From Pelomyxa schiedti (lineage: Eukaryota; Protista; Evosea), in assembly GCA_020536535.1 (NCBI GenBank), contig JAHLWZ010000455.1:62001-126000 (forward strand): a stretch of DNA of 64,000 bases. Direction: 5' to 3'. Below are positions 12,412-22,731 of this stretch, piece after piece (the stretch's first letter is position 1; every line of letters begins with the position of its first letter). The position numbers and the translations under genes were made by a program. Under the pieces are notes generated by a model. The model searched no databases. It saw only the letters and a list, made by a program, of their open reading frames with translations, and was not told the DNA's origin.

Positions 12412-15230
12412 ATGAGCAGAAACAAGATCTACCCTGTGGTGAGTGATGTGGGGGTTGAATCTGCAACAGCGGCGGGATCTACGAGCACTGCTGTTGCTGT
12501 ACCACCAATCTTGCAGTTTTGGCAGCGATCTGCACCAACATCGAAGAACCACACACCCTCACAGACTCCAAAATCTTCCTCTACACTGTGGACATCGTCG
12601 GGTGGATCAACGCACAGAGCGAACGCGGAGATCATGGCAAGATCAAGGAGAAGGAGAGCAACTGCCCCACTATGTGTAGTTTTTGTTTCACTCATGGCTA
12701 TCTGTGGTCTAATCATCGCTGCTATTGCCATTGGGCCCTTCTTGGCGGCGTGGATATCCACAACTCAAACCACCCACGACATAGCCCTGGCCTCTGTCGA
12801 ATCGGCGGCAGAAAAAGCTAGGAGTGTCCTTGTTGATAGTTCTACGACTTATATTAAATCGTAACTCTTCTCTCCTCCCAAATCACATTGTCTTACTCTC
12901 AGGGTAGATATCTTGGGACTGCCCCTAGCACTCTGAAATTACTTAAAACTAATTGTAATCAGTCCTTCTTCGAGGATACACCCAATTGGACGAATGTTCT
13001 ACCTGAACTTCATGCCTGCTTCCGACCAATATCAATCAGCTTTCCCATAATCAACGATCTGGTCAATAACTGTGAGAAAGTTAGCTAAGTTAACCCCCAA
13101 TTAGGTTTTCGCTTGGCAAAATGAATACGGGCAGCACTCCATGCACAATAAGGCGGGTTCTTGGGCAGTTTGGGATTGTACTCCAAACACCTCAAATATT
13201 GGGGTCACCAACACATTTTACTACTACAATGGGATGACACCAACCTACACTCCATTTACCAAAATCGATAATTATACACTTGCTGCACGAGATTTCTGGA
13301 AAGTCGGTTACATAGCAGGAAGAAACAATGTGTGGCTGGCTCCCTTCTTTGCCTCAACCCAGGGTTTCTTTTTATCCTATTGGGTAGAGCAGGTTTGCTT
13401 TTCTTTCTTAGCCTCTTCAATAACCTCTGGATTCTTTAGGTTTACCACCTCCAAACAGGTAAACTTATTGGAATTGCTGCATCTTCTATCTCTTTGAAGC
13501 AAATGGCGGAAACATTTAAAAGTTTCCCTGTTACAGACAATGGGGCAGCATTCTTATTGAATGTTGACTTGCTGACTATAGCTGCAACGCCTGTAAATTT
13601 CCAGTGTTGAAAATACCCCGTAAGTTCCTTCAGGGATTCGTAGTCTGGAACCAGACATCGCGTGTTCTTTACTCTGCTCTCAATCATCCAAATAAGACTA
13701 TTCAAGAAACAGTATCGCTGTGGTTGAACTTTACAGGTTTTGCAGATTACCCTCACTTTAGGCCAACTCTCTAACAGGGGGACAACAAATAAGCTTCAAC
13801 TGGACGTACAAAGAAACCTGGTACGACGTGAGAGAAGTAAATCCGACAAATGGAACCCAGAAGTGGTGGATAATTATGCTCACACCGAAGGCGGATTATA
13901 TTGGTGACTTACTACATAAAAATTCCGTGGTTGAGCAAGAAACTGGGAAGATTACTGCCCTTGTAACATGTAAGTAATTGTTCTCTTTGGTCTTCTCTCA
14001 TCCTGGAAGGTTTGACCTTATTCATGGTAATATTGACGGTTGCTTTGATTGCCTTCCTTGCAAGATATATAACTCGACCCCTTGCTGAAGTGTCAGAAAA
14101 ACTTTATGCTATATCTCAAATGGACTTCAGTGACGAGAGACTCAGTTCAAATCAGAATTTCAACGGGTCCATGTTACGGGAAGTGCATGATCTTAGTACT
14201 CATGCGAACAGTATGAAAGTTGCTCTCAATTGCTTTGGTAAATACGTACCCCACAATATAGTTCAATGGGTATGTCGAATCTCTCTTCAATTTTCCTGAT
14301 TCCACATTCAAGCTTATCCGAAACCAAGTTGAACCTCACATTGGAGTCCGGCAAGGAATTTCAACTGTGATGTTTCTTGATATTTCGAATTTCACGAATA
14401 TGATGGAAGTGCATGGCTGCGAGATGATGTTTAGTGTGCTAGAAGCACTGTTCGAGCCTTTTTCTTCTGCACTGGCAACGAACTTTGCTGTCATAGACAA
14501 ATTCATAGGTGATGCAATAATGGCCTTCTGGAATATCCCAGATCCTTCTCCGGTATCACATGAACTACTGGCATGCAGAAGTGCGGAGATGATATTAGCA
14601 GCCCTGGACAGGATGAATGATGTCTTCAAAGAAAAATACGGGATCACAGTTGGACTACGAATTGGCATCCACTCAGGCCCCGTTTATGCTGGAAATGTTG
14701 GCAGTAGCACTAGGATGGTATACTTTCTTGGGACGGCTGTGTATTAAGTTTGACTAGAATTTTACTGTTATTGGAGATACTGTGAACCTTGCGGCAAGGC
14801 TTGAGCCACTGGGGAAAGAACTGAAGGCTACTGTCTTAGTATCCGATGCTGTGCGTCGCTCTACATCCTCGGAGTTTTCTTTCAGATGCCTTGGCTTCTT
14901 CAGAGTAATTCCCATCGCCGAAAAAATCACTGTGTAACAAACTCTTAGATTAAAGGCTTTGGTGAAGCTGTGCGCGTTCATGAATTCATTGGAAGGAGTG
15001 AGACCCTCCCAAAAACAAATGAGCAACTCCTCCTACAGTACAAGCCAGTGGACGACCTCTTCATGTCACGCGCTTACACTGAAGGCTTCATCGCCAAATC
15101 TGTAAGTAGAACCCCACTTCTAGCAGAGCACCACCCAGAGGCACTGCCAGAAATTCTTCAAGAATATCTACGCAATGCACCAGAGGACGAAGTAGCCAGG
15201 GAGGCAAGCAAAATTATGGTGTTCCTATGA
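12412..15230 (+). CDS. Receptor-type class III adenylyl cyclase (TM - Cache-like extracellular domain - TM - HAMP - cyclase); multi-exon
   Basis: Two TM helices; HAMP (YITRPLAEVSEKLYAISQMDFS...REVHDLS); cyclase motifs MFLDISNFT, DKFIGDAIMAFW, LRIGIHSGPVYAGNVG, FTVIGDTVNLAARLE all intact. Confidence 0.9.
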
Positions 15231-15530
15231 GGAATCGGAATCCCATTTACGCTTCTTTAATTTTTGAAGTCCTCCGTTGTACAACACAGACACAGGCGTA
15301 CCACAGTTCCTGCGACAACCCATAATAATCGCGAACCTCCTGGTGAGGCTGCTTCCATGATTTCAAGGAAAATTAGCAACATGCACACCGCAGGGACCTT
15401 TTTTTTTTGCCCCCCTGTACTTTTCTTGCATCCAACGACATGGTGGCAGTGTGCCTTTTTCAGTGCTGTGCCCGGGCACCTGGTTGAGGGTGATGGGTAG
15501 TCGAACCCCACAAGAAAAACAAAAAAGGAA

Positions 15531-16744
15531 ATGAGCATCACACGGGTTGGTGAAGGTGTTTTGTACCCACTAAGAGTGATGGTTGGTGTCAAGAGGTCTC
15601 AAAGAAGTGTTGCCGTAGCCAATTTACACAAACAAACGCCCCAACTGTATCGCCGTGGTTAACAACAACAAAACAAAAAAAAAACCCCCGCCCCTCAACA
15701 GAGTGATCGACACAACCGTCAAAGTTCGAGTCAACCGAGAGCGCACAGCCGTGGATGCCAACGCCAAAACGAGCACCAACCCGTTCGACGAAGTGGCGAT
15801 CGAGGAGAGCCTGAGGCTGAGGCAGCGAGGCCACGCTGCCGACGTCGTGGCCGTCGGCGTTGGCGGGAAAAAGACTAGCGAGGGGCTGAGGGCGGCTCTG
15901 GCGATGGGCGTGGACAGGGCAATTTTGGTGGAGGGGCTGGGCGAATCTCCAGAGCCATTATGGGTGGCAAAGGTTATCTTGCTTGCTTGCCTTGTGGTGG
16001 TTATGTTACAGTTAGTTTTTTATTTTTGATAAGTTGCACTTGTATTTAAGTAATCTGTAATGGGTGCCGCACTTGCCCAATGCACACTCGTAACACTAAA
16101 TTTGTGCTATCGCGTCATTTATGCATTAAAACTGCGATTTACTTTGTACCTGAAGGTTTTGCACAAAATAATGACAAGGGAACGCATATCTCTGGCTATG
16201 CTAGGGCGTTCTGCCTCAGATACTGATGATAGTCAGACTGGCCCTATGCTGGCTGCATTGGCAAATTGGCCTCAGGCAACTTTTGCATCAAAAATTGAGT
16301 GGACTTTTCCGGAAAATAAAGCGAGTTCTGCCGGCACTCCTGGACAAACGCCAGGATCCACCCAAGGAGACCCGCCAAGTAGAGTGCAGATAAAAGTGTC
16401 TAGACCTGTTGAGGATGGCAAGGTTGAAACAATGATACTTTCTTTACCAGCTGGTGTGCTTACAACATTCAGCTTCCCCTTATTTACATTCAACAGTAAT
16501 AACATGTGACCTGAGACTGAACCAACCACGCACTGTCAGGCTTCAGGATGTAATGAAATCACAGCACAAGAAGCTGGAAACAATCAATGCCAGCTCATTG
16601 CTAGGGATACCACCAGGAACTATTACACAACACACACGAACTCTCTGCATATCTGATCCACCAAGTCGCCGTCTTTCCCCTGTTACTGTGAGCTCTGTCA
16701 GTGAACTGATAACAAAACTAAAGGCTGATGGAATCCTTCCCTAA
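15531..16744 (+). CDS. ETFB: Electron transfer flavoprotein beta subunit; multi-exon
   Basis: VMVGVKR/VIDTTVKVRV...NPFDEVAIEESLRL...LRAALAMGVDRAILV...DTDDSQTGPMLAALANWPQATFASKI...VITCDLRLNQPR. Confidence 0.92.
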
Positions 16745-17074
16745 AATTATGTTTCCTTGTGTGCTTTCCAGGCATCGTCTCCACAGTGAGTCCCAAGCTT
16801 CCTCTTTTTTTTCTTTTTCAAAGCTCCAAGTTGGGTTCATCATGATGGCAGAATTGGTTCCAAACTTAAACCTACTACTGCACACCGTGCCTACTACGAA
16901 AATAGAACCGCACGGGTCATTTCGAACAACCAGACGGCGGTCATCCCAGGTACCAAAAGTTTGCGCTCAAAAATTTTGGACTTTTTAAGGGAAAATGTTT
17001 TAAAAAATAAAAAAAACAATAAAAAAAGACCAAGGAAGACTACCGGCAAAGAAGATACCGCATACAGAGAGCAC

Positions 17075-17330
17075 GCAGTTTGGAGTGGGGGATTTGGGAG
17101 ATACACCAGGTGCACAGTATCTGGAGTGCAGCAGTGCATTTTGGGAGCAGCGGTGGTGCATTTGGAGAGTGGGGGTTGCAGTTTGGGAGCATTTGGGAGC
17201 AGCAAGCAAGGCGCATTTGGGAGCATTTGGGAGCAAAGAGTGGTTGTGCAGTTTGGGAGCAGCCAAGGCGCATTTGGGAGCACAGAGCAGTTTGGGAGCA
17301 TTTGGGTGGTGCATGCATCATTTTGGGGAT
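17075..17330. repeat. Degenerate minisatellite built on TTTGGGAGCA
   Basis: Eight exact TTTGGGAGCA copies plus variants within ~250 bp of intergenic DNA. Confidence 0.8.
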
Positions 17331-17811
17331 AGTGGGGTGGGATACATAATAATAACACATCAGCCATTAGCAAACATGCGTTGCATGTTTGGAACAAAAC
17401 AGATTTTTTTTTTGCCCTCCATGGCATGTATGCTGTTGGTGTTTTGGTGCCGGTTCAGCACTGAACCGCCATCACTATGTGTTTTGATTTTACACGGTGT
17501 CAGGCCCAAAAAATTCGGAGTATTGTTTTTAGTTGTGGCCAAAGAGTGGCTCAGAAAATGTGCCGGGTGGTGCAGCAGTCCTGGTGTCTGGAAGGGAGAA
17601 AGGGGTTTTTGTTGAAAAATCTTGCAGATGGAGGACTTATTCCAGGGGGTGCCAAAATCCATAGAAAAAGGCACCCCAACAGGGGTTCTGCCAATGGCAT
17701 GCCTTGACAAGGAGTTCTGTGTGCCTTGCAGAGGTAATAGCTCTGCAAATGACTTCAACACAAGCAGGCACATACACAATTCGGTACGGCTCGCAATTCT
17801 GTGGTCACTTG

Positions 17812-17898
17812 GCTGAATAAAATAATCAACAGACCGGAACGCTGTACTTTTCGTTATCGTTGCTCAGGATCGGCGGTCTGGTGTTTTTTTTATTCAGC
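17812..17898. repeat. ~87 bp hairpin with terminal inverted repeats (MITE-like), copy 2
   Basis: GCTGAATAAAATAATCAACAGACCG...CGGTCTGGTGTTTTTTTTATTCAGC; interior closely similar to 2492-2571. Confidence 0.7.
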
Positions 17899-17935
17899 TT
17901 TAGTGAGCCAAAACATTTGGCTACAACAAAAAGAA

Positions 17936-20234
17936 ATGGCGGACGACGCTGCCACAGCGGCAGCGGCCACAGTAGGAGCCACCTGCACCGTGGTTGTGGA
18001 AGTGGTAGACGACGACCACGACGACGACGAGTGCCCGAAGGGAGCGGGGAAGGGGAAGGGGAAGGGGCCGGGGAAGGTAAGGGACAGGTCAGTGGTGTTC
18101 AGAGTGGGACCAAGGGCAAGGGGCAGGAGTAGTGGTGGTGGTGGTGGGGGTGGAGCAGGGGAAGGGGAAGCGGTAAAGGTGGGCAGGGGGTGTTTCGGCG
18201 TGAAGGACAAGAAGTGCAGCAGGGCTCAGTTGTCTCTGTTGCCTGTGTGGGACTCGGCTACCGCCACTTGTAGTGTTAAAGTGACTGTGGTATCGTTTTT
18301 TTTTTTTTTCCCCTTTTTCTTTTTCTCCCCATTCCCCTCTTCCTTGGTGTGTGCTTATGTGTGTCCTAGGTGAAGTGCTGCTGGTTTTTGTGGCTTGAGT
18401 TTTGTACTAAATTGTGGGAAAGATAGGCATGAACCCAATTTATGTATTGAGGAAAGATTCTTTATCGAAGGAGAACGTGCAGCGTGGAGAGACTTGCTTG
18501 GTTAATGACGGAGATGTAAATCCTTCCTCCTTCTAATTAAGAGTGACGATTTCTTTTCAGGAGTTCTCCCTCTTTACAACACAAGTGCCTATGAGGGTAA
18601 TTGTAAAAGACCTCAGAACTATCGAGGTAAACAAAGATGTGACAAGCTGTTCTTCGCAGATGCCTCCATCCCTTCCACCCTCTTTACTTCAACCACCCAG
18701 TGTTCAATTACATAAGGACACCCCACAACGAACCGAAACAACCAAGCCCAGTATATTAGCTACTGTTCCTCTACCTTCCACAGTTCCACACCCTTCCACT
18801 ATGCACACTGCCCAGATCGCCGCCACTGATTCTTAGCACGCTTGATCTACCCCCTACTACCGCAAGCAACACACTTGATATGGATATTCCAGACACGAGA
18901 CCTCGTTGCATATATGGGAAAGAATGCTATAGGAAGAACCCTGAACACCTGAAACAATATTGGCACCCCCCTCAACAGCAAATAGACTCGCCATTAAAAC
19001 AAAAAGCACCGGAACCACTTTCAGAAACTGCAAAGGTACCAAAGGACTTGGGCACCCAGGATCCAGCTGACCCGGGCTTTGATGTATTCTTGTCATTATT
19101 GCACCAAAAGGACGTTCCATCTGCAAGTAAAAGAACTCCGCAAACAGAATCTACACCAGCAGTGAGTCCACATGATTCCACAAAACCCAAGACAACCTCA
19201 GTCATCTCCGATCCTGCCTCCTCTGTTTTTGCCCCAAAGTTAACTTCCACGGCTGCATCCACACCTACCTCTACCTCCACACTTACATCAAAGCAACGGC
19301 AGTTGCCTGCATCCCCAAGTCATGCAGCTGAAACAGTCAGAGCACTCAGTTCAATTAAGCCAAAATCTGTATCAACTGTGAACGCTGTAGCTCCCCTGCC
19401 CCTGCCACTTAATACAGATGAAGGCTGCAAGTGTGTTGTATTTCCTTCATTTGGGACTTCATCCCTAAAATTTGATCCTGCCAAGGCTGCCACTATAGCA
19501 TGCTCTGTACCATAAAATAAGAGTTTCTGCCCCACTAATCTCCCATAGGAAATCAGTTCTACTCTAGAAAGAATTGCCGACCCTTTATTGAGATTACTCT
19601 TGTATGAAAAAGATCCAGTTGTTCAAAGAGCATTTCATGCAGTAAGCATTCGCGGTATTTGACTGCTCCTCTTACTTACTCAGTGCAGACCAAAAGATTC
19701 CCGCTTTGTGATTATCCCCGGAGGAATTTCTGATGTCACTGATGCAGGCTACGACTGCAAGTACTTTCCCTGCGGTGACAAAAACACTCACTTTTACTCA
19801 GATCACTAGCCTGTGAGGTTACATGGAGATGGAAGCCAGTAACCGCAAGTGGTGCCCGTGAAATTTTTGAATCTGCTCTACCCCAGAACTTACAACCATT
19901 GATGAAATCCAAGTAATGCACTCCAGACAAACACATCACATTTCACAATATTCCATCCAAGCTCACCCATAACAGGTTCCATACACCCGCGGCGATTGGC
20001 AAGGCCTACCAAATGTCAATTGACTGGGACTGTGACCTTCACACCATGCACAAGACTGACACAGTCTTCATGTGTGTTGCACCAAACGCAGGAAACCCCA
20101 ACAAGCCAGACTACATCGAGTCCAGTAGCACAACAGACCCACTGGTGTCACAGGAGGAAATAGCAGGGAGCCTACTGGCTCAGACTTACAAGGCTGTTCT
20201 TTCTTCAATGTGCCAGGTCAATGGCCTGAGGTAA
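17936..20234 (+). CDS. APL/APLF-like protein: FHA - PBZ zinc finger - circularly permuted macrodomain; multi-exon
   Basis: FHA of aprataxin/PNKP/APLF type (VGRGCFGVKDKKCSRAQL...GMNP); PBZ (RPRCIYGKECYRKNPEHLKQYWHP); macro elements VVFPSFGTSSLKFD followed later by IIPGGISD, VFMCVAPN and LLAQTYKAVL. Confidence 0.8.
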
Positions 20235-20310
20235 AAAGAAGGAAATAAACAAAGCTTAGTTTTATTAAAGGGAGCTTGTCTCCTACAGAATTACATTTCT
20301 CTATGTTTAT

Positions 20311-22475
20311 TTAGTGTGAGTGTGTGTTCCACAGGGGGTGTTTGCCCCATGGACTTACAAAATAGGAGGTGGGTGGGGTGTAATAATACAAGGACTGACG
20401 CGGTTGTTGGCTTGGAAAAGAGGAGGGAGAAGGAGAAGGCATCATTGGTACATATTGATAATAAGGTGGGCACCTCGGGATGTAGTGAGCACTAGGATTG
20501 TAGACAGGTGCTGATGAAAGCATGTTTGGAGGAAATTGGGTTGCAGACTGCTGGAAGGATGGGCTGTAATTCATTGGGGATTGTGGAAGGGATGATGTTA
20601 GGGGTACTTGGGTGGGTTGTGGATACCCTCCTGTAAGCATGAATACTCCCTGTGGTTGTTGGGCTTGTCCTCTTTTTATTTCCTTGTAACACTTCTCACA
20701 AAATTGCAAGTCAGAAATTTCTAGTGGTGCCAGGCAAATGCTACATTTGGGGGTTTCTTCGGTAGTGACACTGGGAGTATTGGTACCCAGTTGAGGGGTG
20801 AAATTGGCTGGTATGACAGTAATAGAAGCAGTAAAATTGGAAGAAGCTGTTTCGGGGATTGGTTGCTCAGGGGTGTTGATTGCCAAGGATTGGTCAGGGG
20901 ATGGAAGCGGTACACATGGAATTGATGGTGGCTGTGGCGGTATGTTTTCCAACAGCGTACATTCTTTGGTTGTACCTGGAGGAACTGCAGTGCATGTGGT
21001 TGTGAAAACTGTGGTATCATTTTTAGGTAAAGTCAACTCCGCTGGTGGCGTTGATGGACTAGTTGTGGCTTCGGCATTTTCAATTAACTTGTTGGAGGCA
21101 GCTGGTTGATGTGGAGAGCTGATGTGGAAAGAGAAATTTAATAATTTGCTTGGCTTTGGTGGATTTCCGAACTGCTGCACTGTGGCAGGGTTGTCCGAAC
21201 TTGGATCCCAAATTACAAACCCGCAGTGCGAATCTCTTGTGCGAGAGGAGATAGTGGGGATACTTATTCTGGCTAGGAAATCAGTGGCTGTGGGAAAAAG
21301 TAGAATATCAAAAACCTATAAATAGGCTGTTTTGTGAATGGTAAAATTTCCCTCTGGAACTCGAATCTGGAAGTTTGGGTGTTAGCAATATCATTAGGAG
21401 AACTGAATTCTTGCCTGTGATTGTGGCCATTGATAACAGAAAAGAATCGAAATGGACCAAGTAAAACTTTCTCAAGTCTATTCCTGCCATCCATGTGACG
21501 ATGGTAATCCTTCGGATCGCTCCAGATACAGTGGTGTGTCACTAGGTGGAGCCGAACGTATTTTGAAGCTTTGGGTTCGACAGAGCCTTCATCACAGCTG
21601 AAAGATGTTGGAGTTGCCATGGCAGTAGGGGAGACTGAAGTATTTCCGTCATCACCTTCAGCCGAACTACAATGACCAGGATCGCAGTCATCGGTTATTG
21701 GTTCATTATCGATTTGGTTCACTTCACTGGTGCTTTCACAGCTCGGAGGGCTGCACGGGAAATGTCCATCATCAATGTTGCTCAACGGAATTTCACTTGC
21801 TGTCGGGGTGTTTGAGGGATTGGAAGCACCTCTCACGTTGGGGTTTAAAGCACTTGGACCCCGCAAACCCAGGGCTGTCAAAGTACCAGCGGTCCACAGG
21901 AGTTGCTCTTCAGTCACTTTGGAAAACTGACTTCCGTTCAGTTGAGGTCAAATCGGAATGAATGAGGGAGTACCAACCAATCCATGGTGGCTGCACAAAG
22001 CCACGAACACGTCATCGCCAATTCTCGTTATGGTATCGTGGGTGAGTTCATTGTGCGCCAAAACGGAGGGCCTCTTCACAATCAACTCGAATAGCTGCCC
22101 CAAGTGGGCCCTCGCGACGTCGGATTTGTCCGACACGCGCAAGGCATTTGCTCCCTCACTGATCAAACCTCCGAGATCTAGGCAGGAAAACAAGCAAACT
22201 CAAAGGTAAAAAAAAAAGTCTGCAGGAAGACCATATGAGGGGGAAACCCAACCGTGGTTGCCTATGGTGAGTACAATCTCGATCTCAGGAGCCGTGTCGA
22301 CGAGCTCCTTCAGGAATAAATAGGCCCTCTCGTACTCGCAGTCCTTGGCGGTCTGCACGATGTCGCCGGCAATTACAATGACACGCTCCCCCTGGCGTGC
22401 AATTGCGGCCGCCAATTCCGCAGGCGGCGTGCCCTGTGGCCGCCCAAAGTGCATGTCCGACACAAGCAGCACCAT
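20311..22475 (-). CDS. Calcineurin-like metallophosphoesterase (CpdA/Icc/GpdQ-like) with Pro/Ser/Thr-rich C-terminus and CxxC-CxxC ribbon; multi-exon
   Basis: All five superfamily motifs: SDMH, AGDIV, GNH/D, THH, GHNH; C-terminal CSIC...CEKC. Confidence 0.8.
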
Positions 22476-22731
22476 CAAAACGAAACGGTTTCGGTTTTCG
22501 CTGTTTTTTTTTGTTTCCAGAAACCGGTGTTGATTTGGAGACTGATCGTTGTCTGGGTGAACACTGGTTGTGTTCTTTCTTAAAGGCAGGAGGGGGCCTG
22601 GCATTGGATTGTTGTTGGAAGATCCATTTTGCAAAAGAAGTAAAGACATAAAGCTCTATTTTTGTCTGTTTTTTTTAAGTGGTAGGTGCTTGTGGTTGGT
22701 GTGGTGTCTATTATTGCAAAGTGGTACAGTC

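Noticed and set aside
17075-17330. CRISPR array or repeat-protein ORFs
   Set aside because: 10-bp units with irregular, related spacers in a eukaryotic context with no cas genes; ORFs in all frames are a by-product of the repeat.
21930-21990. In-frame stops suggesting readthrough, an alternative genetic code or pseudogenes
   Set aside because: Each case examined can be removed by a short GT-AG or GC-AG intron.
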